The position numbers and the translations under genes were made by a program. The notes below the pieces were generated by a model that saw only the letters and a program-made list of their open reading frames with translations, made no database searches and had not been told where the DNA came from. From the NCBI GenBank assembly GCA_965541585.1, contig CBEUCH010000005.1:32001-96000 (forward strand): 64,000 nucleotides of DNA, given 5' to 3'. Shown one piece after another: positions 41,016 to 51,099 of this stretch. Source of the stretch: an uncultured bacterium. Lineage in GTDB: Bacteria; Zixibacteria; MSB-5A5; UBA10806. Numbering within the stretch: position 1 is the stretch's first letter; each line of letters begins with the position of its first letter.

Positions 41016-43367
41016 TCACTCCGCCTTAAGCGTTAAGACCGAAACCCCGGTCGAACCCTCATTCCAGTTACCCAGTCTGAAAGATGCCACCCGTTGATTT
41101 TGCCCCAGGAAATCCTGCACCTTCTTTCGCAATGCACCGGTGCCCTTTCCGTGAATGATCGTAACTTGCTCCAGGCCAGCATTGCAGGCATCGTCGATAT
41201 ACCGCTGAATCAACGGTTCGGCTTCCTCAAATGTCATACCTCTTATATCCAGATCGAGACCCGGCTCAGGAGAATAGTCCGATATTACCTTTGATTTAAG
41301 CGCCGATTTCCCATCCACGTTTTTGCGAAGCAGCCTGTCAAGCTCGGTGACCATATTGACATTTCCGATGCGAACTTTGACGCGCCCCATGGAATCGGCC
41401 GGTTCCAGGACTTCACCTTCCGCCTCGATGCCTATTATACGGACCTTTTCTCCGGGCAATCCTCGAGCCTGTTCTCCAGCCGGCACGGGGGACAGTTTCT
41501 GGATACTCTTCCTGGTCTTTTCAAGCTTTTCGGAGACCTCTTTTCGAATTTTCCTCAAGGTCTCCTCTTCCTTCGACTTTTCTTTGGCGACTTTGATCAA
41601 ATCGTCAAGCTCATCCTTCGCTTCCTTGACGATCTCCGCCGTTTTCTTGAGTTGATTCTTGCGTAATTCTTTTTCAGCCTTCTTCAGGGCTTCAAATTTC
41701 TCCTCGAATATTTTCACCAGCGATCCGTACTTCAGTCTGTCGGCTCTGGCGTTTTCCAATTGATTCGTAAGCTCGACCGATTTCTGGTTGAGTTCTGTTA
41801 CCAGGCGAGTAACATCCCTTTCTCTGCTGTCACGCAATTCCCAGGCACGATCGGTTACCTCCTCCGGAATTCCCAACCTTTTAGCAATCTCGACAGCGTA
41901 AGACGAGCCTGGAATGCCAGGCCGGAAATTGAAGGTCGGCTTCAGCTGTTCGGCGTCGAATTCCACGGAACCATTAACGACCCCTTCTACTTCGCCGGCA
42001 AGCGCCTTCAGCCTGCCGTGATGAGTCGTGATTACAGCGAAGCACGCCTTGCGCGATAGCAACTCCACCACCGCCTGCCCGATGGCGGAACCTTCGTCCG
42101 GGTCGGTACCGGCGCCAAGTTCATCGAGCAGCACAAGCGATTGAGAATCCGATCCCTCGATCGCTGTCTTGATATGACTGAGATGCGACGAATACGTGGA
42201 AAGAGAGCTGTCTATGGACTGTTCATCGCCTATATCAGCAAACATCTTCTCAAACAAGATGAATGTGGATTCTTCGTCCGCCGGAACGAAAAGACCGCTG
42301 GCCGCCATCAAAGATAGCAAACCGATCGCTTTTAACGCCACCGTTTTGCCGCCTGTATTCGGGCCGGTTATGATCAGGATATTGGAACCCTTGACCATTT
42401 CCACACTTAAAGGGACTACTGTATTTTCATTGTCTCTGGCGGCGTTCAAGACCAGGATCGGATGTCGGCCGTTTTTGATATTCAGCTCGCGAGAGTCCGA
42501 GAAGAGGGGACGCGATCCATTCAGTTCCTTGCTCAGACGGGAGCACCCGGCGATAAGATCAAGCCGGGATAGCAACTCGACATCCTCCTTAACCACGTCC
42601 AGATTAATATAAAGCATCTCGGAGAGATAACGAAGAATCCGGTTTACCTCTTCCCGTTCCCCGGTTTCGAGTTCGCGGTGGCGATTGTTCATTTCAACTG
42701 TCTCGGCAGGTTCAATGAAGAAAGTGGCTCCCGATGAGGACCTGTCATGGATGATGCCGGCAACATTGCCTTTATCCGTTTCGCGAACCGGCAGAACATA
42801 TCGACCCTCCCTGACCGTGAACAAATTGTCGGATAGAAATGATGCCGTTTCCGAATAAAGATATTTCTCGAACTTTTCATTGAGCTTTTCTTTTACCTGA
42901 TGGAGTTCACGACGGATTCGTTTGAGCTCCGGCGATGCAGAATCCTTTATATTGCCCGATTCATCAATAGACCTTTCTATTTCATGATGAAGATCCTGCG
43001 GATAGACCAACCTGGATGAGATTTCGCTCAACTTTTTGTATTTTTCCTTCAGACGCTGGCATTCAAACACCGTTTTGAAAAACGATGAATAATCCAATAA
43101 CTCCTTTGGCTCGAAAATCTCACCGGATGATGCCGCCTGCTCGAGTCTCCTGGCAAGATCTCCGAACTCCAGATCAGGCGGGCCGCCATCGAACCTGAAG
43201 AGATCGTTCATCTCCGAAATTAGATCCAACCTGGAGTCCAACGATTCAACATCGGTAATCGGATGAAGACCGGTGGCTTTACGTTTCCCAGGAGCGGAAC
43301 GGCAATGATACGCCAACCTGTCCAGAACCGTGGGATATTCCAGGATCTTGAGGGTATGGCCGGTCAC
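41016..43367 (-). CDS. mutS2: Endonuclease MutS2
   Basis: TGPNTGGKT, DIGDEQS, LLDELGAGTDP, C-terminal Smr domain (LDIRG...IIHGKGTG). Confidence 0.95.
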   Translation of the reverse strand: MTGHTLKILEYPTVLDRLAYHCRSAPGKRKATGLHPITDVESLDSRLDLISEMNDLFRFDGGPPDLEFGDLARRLEQAASSGEIFEPKELLDYSSFFKTVFECQRLKEKYKKLSEISSRLVYPQDLHHEIERSIDESGNIKDSASPELKRIRRELHQVKEKLNEKFEKYLYSETASFLSDNLFTVREGRYVLPVRETDKGNVAGIIHDRSSSGATFFIEPAETVEMNNRHRELETGEREEVNRILRYLSEMLYINLDVVKEDVELLSRLDLIAGCSRLSKELNGSRPLFSDSRELNIKNGRHPILVLNAARDNENTVVPLSVEMVKGSNILIITGPNTGGKTVALKAIGLLSLMAASGLFVPADEESTFILFEKMFADIGDEQSIDSSLSTYSSHLSHIKTAIEGSDSQSLVLLDELGAGTDPDEGSAIGQAVVELLSRKACFAVITTHHGRLKALAGEVEGVVNGSVEFDAEQLKPTFNFRPGIPGSSYAVEIAKRLGIPEEVTDRAWELRDSRERDVTRLVTELNQKSVELTNQLENARADRLKYGSLVKIFEEKFEALKKAEKELRKNQLKKTAEIVKEAKDELDDLIKVAKEKSKEEETLRKIRKEVSEKLEKTRKSIQKLSPVPAGEQARGLPGEKVRIIGIEAEGEVLEPADSMGRVKVRIGNVNMVTELDRLLRKNVDGKSALKSKVISDYSPEPGLDLDIRGMTFEEAEPLIQRYIDDACNAGLEQVTIIHGKGTGALRKKVQDFLGQNQRVASFRLGNWNEGSTGVSVLTLKAE

Positions 43368-43390
43368 GGGAAAGAAAATCCCCTCAGCAC

Positions 43391-44053
43391 CTATTCAAGC
43401 TCTTTCTTTGTTTTACTGAAGTACTCGTTTAACTTGTCTAGGGTCTCGACATCGTCGTCGGACATCCCTATCATCACTTTGTTTCTCAAAGCCTCTTCCG
43501 GATCATCGGCATACTGTGAAGCACTGGAAAGCAGAATGCCTTTCTGCAACTCCACCAGAAACTCGCCGGACCCAGGATGAAGATAAGTCGTATTGTCATA
43601 AATTAACGGCACGAAACCGCGGATCGGTTTGGCTAACGCGGAACCTTCAATGGCGCTGTCGAAAGTTTTGAAAGGTGTCGGGAATATAAACAGCAGGAAT
43701 AAGAGAGAAAGAAGAACCAGGCCCTTAATTACGCCAAAAGTGCTCCCGCCAATCTTGTTGGATGCTCTCAATGGAGTAATCTTCACCATCTTGTAGAAGT
43801 ATCTACCCAGGATTCGTAGAACGATAAGGCTACTTCCGAGGACTAAAACGAAACTGGCCACGTACAGGATACTGGGGGAAAAATTAAGTTTTCCCTCCAA
43901 TTGCATGGCCACCCAGTCGGAGTTACTTACGGCGAAAATAACGCCGACAATCAGCCCGAGGAAGGTCGATATCTCCTTGAAAATCCCGCGCCTGTAGCCG
44001 TTTATTAAGGCTAGAAACAATACGAACAGGATAAAAAAATCTATCCAGTTCAT
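43391..44053 (-). CDS. cvpA: CvpA family membrane protein
   Basis: MNWIDF...GYRRGIFKE; 4 TM; KIGG..FG.IKG. Confidence 0.88.
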   Translation of the reverse strand: MNWIDFFILFVLFLALINGYRRGIFKEISTFLGLIVGVIFAVSNSDWVAMQLEGKLNFSPSILYVASFVLVLGSSLIVLRILGRYFYKMVKITPLRASNKIGGSTFGVIKGLVLLSLLFLLFIFPTPFKTFDSAIEGSALAKPIRGFVPLIYDNTTYLHPGSGEFLVELQKGILLSSASQYADDPEEALRNKVMIGMSDDDVETLDKLNEYFSKTKKELE

Positions 44054-44064
44054 AACCCCTCCAG

Positions 44065-44517
44065 TTATTTTGCAAGCTTTGCTCTTACAGCGATATTAAC
44101 TGTTTTGCCATCCGCTCGCCCCCTCACCCGGGGCATCAAAACTTTCATCACTTCACCGATATCCTTCATAGAGGACGCCCCTGATTCGGCGATGGCTTCA
44201 TCAATCAGACCCTCGAGCTCTACCGACGTAGATTGTCCGGGCAAGAACTCTTTAATAATATCATATTCGGCGCGCTCCTTTTCTTCAAGGTCCTGCCTGC
44301 CGCCTTTGGAGTATTCCTCGATCGCTTCCGATCGCTTACTGGCGGCAGAACCTAAAACGGCGATGATCTCATCGTCTGATAACTCATGGCACAACTCTAT
44401 CTGCTTGTACTGAAGATCGGATTTCAACATCCGCAGGGTCTGCAGACGCTCATCGTCCCCGGCTTTTAACGCCACTTTCAAGTGGGTGTCGATCTCCTCC
44501 CTCAACGCCAATATCAA
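44065..44517 (-). CDS. yqeY: GatB/YqeY domain protein
   Basis: ALKAGD, GGRQDL, DIGEVMK, GRADGK. Confidence 0.92.
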   Translation of the reverse strand: MILALREEIDTHLKVALKAGDDERLQTLRMLKSDLQYKQIELCHELSDDEIIAVLGSAASKRSEAIEEYSKGGRQDLEEKERAEYDIIKEFLPGQSTSVELEGLIDEAIAESGASSMKDIGEVMKVLMPRVRGRADGKTVNIAVRAKLAK

Positions 44518-44705
44518 CGCCTTACTCTGGAACGACGTGATTTTTGCCTGGCCGCATTCATCTTCCGCTTGCGCCTGTCGGATGGTTTCTCAAAATGCTG
44601 ATGTCTTTTGATATCCGATAAAATACCGGCCTTCTCACAGGTTTTAGTGAAGCGCCTGAGAGCCTTTTCAAACGATTCATCGTCACGGACTCTTACTCCG
44701 GTCAT
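44514..44705 (-). CDS. rpsU: 30S ribosomal protein S21
   Basis: [10 protein letters not shown]...HFEKPS. Confidence 0.95.
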   Translation of the reverse strand: MTGVRVRDDESFEKALRRFTKTCEKAGILSDIKRHQHFEKPSDRRKRKMNAARQKSRRSRVRR

Positions 44706-45010
44706 TACATTATCAACCCCCTCTCCTGACTGTCTAATCGGTTAAGCTGCAACGTTTGATTTTCCCCTAACTTTCCTCTTAACTTGGGGTAAGCTAAAGA
44801 ATTAACAAATACGTGTCAAGGGATTTTTTCATGGGTCTATTAATTTACCTTGCATACGTAACTCTCTTCATAACATAGGATTACAAGTCGGACATCGATG
44901 TCGTTCGGGATCTCGATAAACGATTATATCATAACCGGTTGCAAAATTACCTTTTTAAACGCTTTTTGGTCCGGAGAATTCCGGATCAAGAATATGGTTG
45001 CGGGCGATGA

Positions 45011-45931
45011 TTACCGTTTAAGACTTGCATGAATACGAAGATAACTCTGGTATCGAAATTCCGCCACTATTCCATCAGCGATTTCGACCGAGCGCTTCAC
45101 GGCGCAGGATGGCTCATCTATATGCATACAATCGTTGAACCGGCATTGAGAAGCACAGCGTTCGAATTCAGGGAAATATAAATGCAATGTTTTGATATCT
45201 ACTCCTGCCAGGCCGAAAACTTTCAGGCCGGGCGTATCCGCAACCCAGCCGTCAGGGAATAGTCGATAAAGACTGACCCGGCTGGTGGTATGCACACCCC
45301 TGCTGGAATAAGAAGACACTTTTTTCGTTCTCAATTTCAGGCCCGGGGAGATGCGGTTCAGAAGAGCCGATTTCCCCACCCCCGAATGGCCGGCTATGAT
45401 CGAGGTTCCTTCCGTCAATATTCTTATTAGTTTATCGATACCCTCGCCGGTTTTGGCGCTGGTGAAAACAGTCTCGCACGAGATACGTTCCCAGGCATCG
45501 AAATATCCTTCGAACTCTTCAGGATCCTGCAAGTCGATCTTATTCAAAACCACCACCGGTTTTATCCCTTCTTTAAAGGCCGTTACCAGAAACCGATCAA
45601 CCAGTCCAGCTTTAAATTTCGGCTCCCTGGTTGATGTTACCACGATCAGCCGGTCAACGTTGGAAACCATGATTTGAAGAAGGCCCTCTTTCTCCGTGGC
45701 CGGTTTGGAGATGACAGATTGTCTTTGTGATACACTCTCTATCGCCGCCAGCTTGTCGGTTTTCAAAGAATACTCCACAAAATCGCCGACCGCTACAGGC
45801 GAGATCCCGGTATTTCCATATTTCAGCTTGCCCTTAACGACGGCATCGATCGTGCCGTTTTCAGTAAAGAGCTTCGCTCTCTGGCCATGCAGCTCAACAA
45901 CACGGGCTATCATTTTCGGATCATCTTTCAC
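45011..45931 (-). CDS. rsgA: Ribosome small subunit-dependent GTPase A
   Basis: NKID, GHSGVGKS, GVHTT, DTPG, CRFNDCMHIDEPSC. Confidence 0.95.
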   Translation of the reverse strand: MKDDPKMIARVVELHGQRAKLFTENGTIDAVVKGKLKYGNTGISPVAVGDFVEYSLKTDKLAAIESVSQRQSVISKPATEKEGLLQIMVSNVDRLIVVTSTREPKFKAGLVDRFLVTAFKEGIKPVVVLNKIDLQDPEEFEGYFDAWERISCETVFTSAKTGEGIDKLIRILTEGTSIIAGHSGVGKSALLNRISPGLKLRTKKVSSYSSRGVHTTSRVSLYRLFPDGWVADTPGLKVFGLAGVDIKTLHLYFPEFERCASQCRFNDCMHIDEPSCAVKRSVEIADGIVAEFRYQSYLRIHASLKR

Positions 45932-46100
45932 GGTTTATCCGATCTACGCATATCATTGCCTAATATACATTCAATCGAGATGAAAGTAATATACTTTATC
46001 GATCGATAAACATCGCAATCCTCTGAATGCGTAACTTCAACATCCCATAATTCTTGACATTCGGGAGGTATCCCGCCATATTCGCCGCGATGGAGGAGAA

Positions 46101-46664
46101 GTGAAAAAAGACTACCTGATATTGATACTGTTTCTGGCGATAACGTTGATTTCCGGAGGGTTTATTTTCATGATAAAGGCCCCTCAGCCGGAGTTTATTT
46201 CTCAGCAACAGAGCATCGGGGATCCAGGCGCAGATCTGCAGAATCAGGTAGACCACCTGGAAACTCTTCTGGCGGACGATCCGAACAACGTCGATATTCT
46301 GGTGAGCCTGGGGAATGTTTATTACGATGTCAGCGAGCCGGAGATGTCGATCGAATATTACGAAAGGGCGCTGGCAATCAAACCCGATGTTCCCTTCGTA
46401 CTGGTGGATTGCGGCGCCATGTATCGCAAGCTGGGCCAGGCTGATAAAGCGATAGAGTTATTCAGAAAGGCAATCGAAATAGATCCTCAATTACCCCAGG
46501 CTTACTTTAATCTGGGCGCCGTATTGCGCATGGAGAAAGGTGATGCCATGGGCGCCGCTCTGGTCTGGAAAAAATACTTAGAACTTGATCCCAATCCTGA
46601 TCCGCAGATAAGGAACTTAATCGAAAATGAGATAAAGGCCGCCTTGGGACCGCCTTCAGAGTAA
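46101..46664 (+). CDS. Membrane-anchored TPR protein
   Basis: N-terminal TM and 3 TPRs; TTGACA-N17-CATATT promoter and GGAGGAG SD upstream. Confidence 0.85.
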   Translation: MKKDYLILILFLAITLISGGFIFMIKAPQPEFISQQQSIGDPGADLQNQVDHLETLLADDPNNVDILVSLGNVYYDVSEPEMSIEYYERALAIKPDVPFVLVDCGAMYRKLGQADKAIELFRKAIEIDPQLPQAYFNLGAVLRMEKGDAMGAALVWKKYLELDPNPDPQIRNLIENEIKAALGPPSE

Positions 46665-46749
46665 TATAGGACTTTCAGAATTTTTCGCTGGTGGCAAGCT
46701 GCCCTCCTGTCGATAAGGAGATAGGAGGTTAATATTATGCGGCCCATCA

Positions 46750-46786
46750 TCCGATACTCGCTACCAAGCGGCGCCTGGTAACCAAT
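46750..46786. repeat. 37-bp palindromic direct repeat, copy A (REP-like)
   Basis: TCCGATACTCGCTACCAAGCGGCGCCTGGTAACCAAT; 33/37 identical to copy B. Confidence 0.85.
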
Positions 46787-46814
46787 GGTAAACCTGGACA
46801 GAGAGGATAAGGAG

Positions 46815-47219
46815 ATGAAAAAAACATCAAAGATAATTGCAATTTTGACTTTGGTTGTTATTTTTCCTGTTTGCTCGAAAAATGTAGATCGGTCTATGGT
46901 TGCAGGCACATATATTGGCAACTACGATAAACTTAAAAGCACATTAGTAATGAAAGAAGATGGAACATATGATTACTATTTGGAGACAGAAGACGGAGCA
47001 AAATATTTCAACTCTAATGATTGGCTATATGATGATGATAGCGGTAGATCGATAATACAATTTTATGATTTCAAATATTCTTTAAGGCCTTTTTCTTATT
47101 CTAAAGAAACGTTAGTAGAAGAACCGGTTTTCATGGGACTTCCAGTTGTCTCTGATGAGAGAGGGCGAATTAAGATAATAATTAGTGGAGATATGGATTT
47201 ATACTATTTAAAACAATAA
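46815..47219 (+). CDS. AT-rich putative lipoprotein (beta-rich, possibly immunity-like)
   Basis: AAGGAG SD; MKKTSKIIAILTLVVIFPVC signal; about 33% GC by manual count. Confidence 0.75.
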   Translation: MKKTSKIIAILTLVVIFPVCSKNVDRSMVAGTYIGNYDKLKSTLVMKEDGTYDYYLETEDGAKYFNSNDWLYDDDSGRSIIQFYDFKYSLRPFSYSKETLVEEPVFMGLPVVSDERGRIKIIISGDMDLYYLKQ

Positions 47220-47227
47220 AGACAATT

Positions 47228-47264
47228 TCCAATACTCGTTACCCAGCGGCGCTTGGTAACCAAT
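47228..47264. repeat. 37-bp palindromic direct repeat, copy B (REP-like)
   Basis: TCCAATACTCGTTACCCAGCGGCGCTTGGTAACCAAT. Confidence 0.85.
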
Positions 47265-47394
47265 AGAGAGCGAGTTCGGGCTTTACTGTTACCGCGCCCG
47301 CTACACCAACACAGGCGTCCTACCGATAAGTCAACCTTTATTTAGTCCATTTTTTAGCCTTGACCTAATCTGGCCGCGCTGCTAATCTTAGCTT

Positions 47395-47700
47395 ATGGAA
47401 AATCTTATCTCGTACCTTTCATTTATCGCCCTAATCCTGGTTGTAATTCTCCTGATCTGGTCGCTGATCCTCACCCGCAGGGAGCGGGCAAAAAAGGTCA
47501 CCGCCAAAAGCCGTCTGGCCCGCCTCCGCAACAAGATCGAGGCTCTGCCGGAAGACACGGACGAGGAGAGGTTAAAAAAGGATTCCCTCTACAGGGAGCT
47601 CACCGTGGAGTATCTGGATAATATACTCGGCGGAGTGGAGAAGCTCAGCGCCAGACCATCGGAAAAGAAAGAGAAGAAAAAAACAAAAAAGAAAAAATAG
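47395..47700 (+). CDS. Single-TM hypothetical protein with a Lys-rich tail
   Basis: 101-aa ORF; TTGACC-N17-TAATCT ends 6 nt before the ATG. Confidence 0.7.
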   Translation: MENLISYLSFIALILVVILLIWSLILTRRERAKKVTAKSRLARLRNKIEALPEDTDEERLKKDSLYRELTVEYLDNILGGVEKLSARPSEKKEKKKTKKKK

Positions 47701-47773
47701 CCTTGTTCCGGTTGCCATATCTCGATTAAGCATTATATTACCTGCGATGGCTTCTGACCATGAAGGGAGAATT

Positions 47774-48910
47774 ATGCGCAATACGATATTTTTGGCCGCA
47801 GCATTTCTTTTAGTTGCTGGATGCGGCGAGGATAACGCCACCGACAGCGGCGACCAGGGAACCGAAATCTCTGTGACCGTAAGCCCGGCAAGGGAGATTG
47901 TCGCCCTGAATGATGCCCTGCAGTTCACGGTCTTCGTTTTTGGAACTACAAATACGACCGTATCATGGGAGGTTGAGGATATTGCCAGCGGTAACGCCGA
48001 GTTCGGGACAATCGACGTATTCGGATTATATGAAGCTCCGGTGGCTGAACCCGACATCGATTCGGTAAAAATCTCTGCTATCTCGGAGGAGAATCCCTCG
48101 AAATTCGGAACGTCGTGGGTGATTCTGGTGGACCCGGCGAAAGTGTATGTCAGCACCTCAGGTTCGGACTCCGAGGGAACGGGTTCCAGAAACAATCCTT
48201 ACCGTACCATAACTTTCGCCTTATCACAGGCGGAGACCAACCAGATAGTCACATTAGGCTCCGGCGAATATGATCAGGAAGGGGGCGAGACATTCCCTAT
48301 CCAGGTCGGATTTGGCGCTAAGATAAGGGGAGCGGGGCGAGACTCGACATTTGTGATCGGGCCGGGCGGAGGCCATGATGAACCCGGTGCGGTTTTCTCA
48401 GTCAACGGCGATGCTATCACAATTGAGCGACTTAATATTTCCACCGCCGATTTGAATGGCGTCGGTGTCTGGCTTTTGCCGGGAATACAGACAAAAATAA
48501 AAGACAATCATATCGTCTCCAACTATATCGGTATCTACGCCGATGGTTCTTTTGCGCCGCGACCCTTTATAATAGAATCCAACGTCATCACAGGCGATTC
48601 AATCGGCATTGCCACCGGCGATTCCGCGGAGCCGATTATCAGGGATAACCAGATCACGGATTGCGGGATATATGGGCTGCATATCCTCGATTTAAGCAAG
48701 CCGGATCTGGGAACGAACGACACGACAGGAGCCGGCGGAAATACAATCCAGAATTGCAGCCAATATCTGATCCGAAACGAATCCCCGGACACAATCTGGG
48801 CCGTCGGGAATACCTGGCAATTCGAGCCTCCCGGCGCAAATGATGACCTTATCTATGATGATGAGGAATCATCTGGAGAATCGGGGCCTGTTATTCTGGA
48901 AAACCAGTAG
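47774..48910 (+). CDS. Lipoprotein with Ig-like, DUF1565 and right-handed beta-helix regions
   Basis: Lipobox VAGC; VYVSTSGSD..GTGSRNNPYRTITFAL; I..N.I..N..GI repeats. Confidence 0.8.
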   Translation: MRNTIFLAAAFLLVAGCGEDNATDSGDQGTEISVTVSPAREIVALNDALQFTVFVFGTTNTTVSWEVEDIASGNAEFGTIDVFGLYEAPVAEPDIDSVKISAISEENPSKFGTSWVILVDPAKVYVSTSGSDSEGTGSRNNPYRTITFALSQAETNQIVTLGSGEYDQEGGETFPIQVGFGAKIRGAGRDSTFVIGPGGGHDEPGAVFSVNGDAITIERLNISTADLNGVGVWLLPGIQTKIKDNHIVSNYIGIYADGSFAPRPFIIESNVITGDSIGIATGDSAEPIIRDNQITDCGIYGLHILDLSKPDLGTNDTTGAGGNTIQNCSQYLIRNESPDTIWAVGNTWQFEPPGANDDLIYDDEESSGESGPVILENQ

Positions 48911-48962
48911 TTTATTAAGAAGAAAATCTTGATGGCGTCGGTCAGATGCGGCCGACGCCCTT

Positions 48963-50183
48963 TTATATTGAAGATGTTTTCTTTAGAAGTCTGCTCCGTC
49001 TCCTCTTTATCGAAGACTGGATATTAGCATATGAAATGCCGGAGGCGAATTCCCGCTCGAACTCCACAAGCCTGAGAGCCTTATTAGTCAAGTTCAGTGC
49101 GGTCTCCGGGTTTTTCTGTCGATGCTCGAGGTGCTTGGCCAATTCAATATAAGGATAACATCCGAACCTGCCTGATACTATCATATGATTCCAGATGGCC
49201 TGGGCCGTTTCCCAGTCCCTTGCCTTTTTCGCCAGAAGCGATTTATACATGATCGTCTCATCCGCTATCTCCTCAGAGGCAAATTGAGGTTTGATCGAAT
49301 CCAGCAAAACCCGGGATCGCTCATATTCTCTGGATCGATATAGAATTTGACCTAAAGACAGCAGAAGGCGGTCGTCCTCGCAAACGCCCGAAAGCGCCAG
49401 ATCTATTCGGCGGGCAGTTTCCTGCGCCAGGAGATACAGACTGACTATATCATCACGGTTATGATTTAAGATCGGGATGAGAAGGTTGTCATCCCGGTTC
49501 TGCAGGTAATCGAAATAAATGCCCGGGATGAGATGGGACGGCACATCATCTACACGTTCGAACCCTACGATCATGGCCTCCAGCAAGGACAGGTTGAACG
49601 ATTCAAAATGCTTCTTATAGATTCGGCGGCAGGGATGAACCATATCTATGTGGGGGTATCCTGTAAAAGGGATCGCCAGACGATTGATGCGATACCTGGT
49701 GCGAAGAAGCGGTATATCGAATGATTTTCCGTTATAGGTTAATAGAAAGGAGGTGTTACTCAGATCATCCGATAACGCCAGAAGCTGTGCGGGTTCTTCG
49801 CAGAAATCGCGCAATATGTATTGCCGCACCACGAATCTGCCATCGGACCAGAATCCGATACCGACGATGAAAGGATATGTACCCGTCCCCCCTGCCAGGC
49901 CGGTGGTCTCGGTATCGATTACCGCAATCCGGCTGAAATCGAGGTTACGTTCTTCACCGGATGAATTGAAAAATTCCAGAGCGGATCGAGGGATACTGCA
50001 TGACAATTCGATCCGGCCGTGCAGATAACCTTCATCATAAACGGTCTCCACGCCCCAGACCGGCCCCAGCTCGGTTTTTCGTATATGGCCAACGGAAGGT
50101 CTTTTAAAGAGATCCGGTTTGGGTGTAGCCAAATTCGTCTTATGATGCTTTAGCGCTTCGTATAGACGCTTTTCGAGGTCCAT
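48963..50183 (-). CDS. RNase H-like (YprB/MrfB-type) exonuclease with C-terminal TPR
   Basis: IDTETTGLAGG, TYNGKSFD, HID, HNRDDI, IELAKHLEH; start placed at ATG 50183. Confidence 0.85.
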   Translation of the reverse strand: MDLEKRLYEALKHHKTNLATPKPDLFKRPSVGHIRKTELGPVWGVETVYDEGYLHGRIELSCSIPRSALEFFNSSGEERNLDFSRIAVIDTETTGLAGGTGTYPFIVGIGFWSDGRFVVRQYILRDFCEEPAQLLALSDDLSNTSFLLTYNGKSFDIPLLRTRYRINRLAIPFTGYPHIDMVHPCRRIYKKHFESFNLSLLEAMIVGFERVDDVPSHLIPGIYFDYLQNRDDNLLIPILNHNRDDIVSLYLLAQETARRIDLALSGVCEDDRLLLSLGQILYRSREYERSRVLLDSIKPQFASEEIADETIMYKSLLAKKARDWETAQAIWNHMIVSGRFGCYPYIELAKHLEHRQKNPETALNLTNKALRLVEFEREFASGISYANIQSSIKRRRSRLLKKTSSI

Positions 50184-50187
50184 ATTC

Positions 50188-51099
50188 CTAATCCGGTTCG
50201 ATTGATGCCAGCTTGCCCAGCACGAATGGATGAGTCTCTTTAGTCTTTCTTTTCCGTAGAATCTTTTTTGCTTTCTTCGTATCGATTTTAGCAAGCGCCT
50301 CTACCGCAAAAGCCCGGGCCAGGGGATCCTCCGAGATAAGAATTCCGGCCAGCGGTTTGATTAGCTTTTTATCCTTCAGATTTCCGGCCACTTCGATCAG
50401 CAAATAAAATGCTACTGTATCATCAACATTTTTCAGCGATTCTTTCACAGTGATTATCGATGGTTCTCCTATATTCCAGAGTGCCTCCGCCGCTTTGTAA
50501 CGAACTCCGTAATACGGATCAGCAAGAGATTCCATTAAGACGCCTATTGTCGACGAATCCGCCAAAAGAGAAAGCGATACGACCGCTGCAGTACGAACCA
50601 GATAATCTACGTCTCTTAAAGCCGCAGCTGATGGCGCCACGCCGCGCGGGTCACCAATCTTCCCCAGCGCCCTGATTACACCGGCTCTGATGCGGTAATC
50701 GGGATCATCGGTATATTGCAGCAGGCCATCTACCGCCGTCGAGTCTTTCATATCGCCCAGCGCTCGTGCCGCCAGCCGCCTTTTATACGGATCTTCCGCT
50801 CCCAGAGCCTTAACAATGCGGGGCACCGCGGGGCGGCCGATCAGTTTGAAGATATCGACCAGAGCATGCATGGAGCGGGCATCCTGGGTATCCATATTCT
50901 CCACAAGCCGGGGTACCGCCGCCGCCCCCATCTCCCCAAGCGCTTCTTTCGACGGTTGCACCTGGTCCTGGTAGTTGATGTTTTTAGTTGTGGCTTGAAT
51001 AAAAAGAGAATCTACGATTTGATTGATGGAATCGGCCTTGGTTTGAGCGAAGCTGGCTGTCGATAATACAAGTACTATAAATAGACTGATCTTTTTCAT
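50188..51099 (-). CDS. Exported HEAT/PBS-lyase repeat protein
   Basis: Signal peptide; repeats of the form L.D.D..VR..A..AL. Confidence 0.85.
   Translation of the reverse strand: MKKISLFIVLVLSTASFAQTKADSINQIVDSLFIQATTKNINYQDQVQPSKEALGEMGAAAVPRLVENMDTQDARSMHALVDIFKLIGRPAVPRIVKALGAEDPYKRRLAARALGDMKDSTAVDGLLQYTDDPDYRIRAGVIRALGKIGDPRGVAPSAAALRDVDYLVRTAAVVSLSLLADSSTIGVLMESLADPYYGVRYKAAEALWNIGEPSIITVKESLKNVDDTVAFYLLIEVAGNLKDKKLIKPLAGILISEDPLARAFAVEALAKIDTKKAKKILRKRKTKETHPFVLGKLASIEPD

Noticed and set aside
46750..47264. The two 37-bp repeats as a CRISPR array or integron attC sites
   Set aside because: Only two copies separated by about 440 bp containing a gene, and no cas genes. The arms read GTTAC...GTAAC rather than RYYYAAC...GTTRRRY, and no integrase is present.
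47572..48195. 207-aa minus-strand ORF
   Set aside because: Antisense to two supported plus-strand genes.
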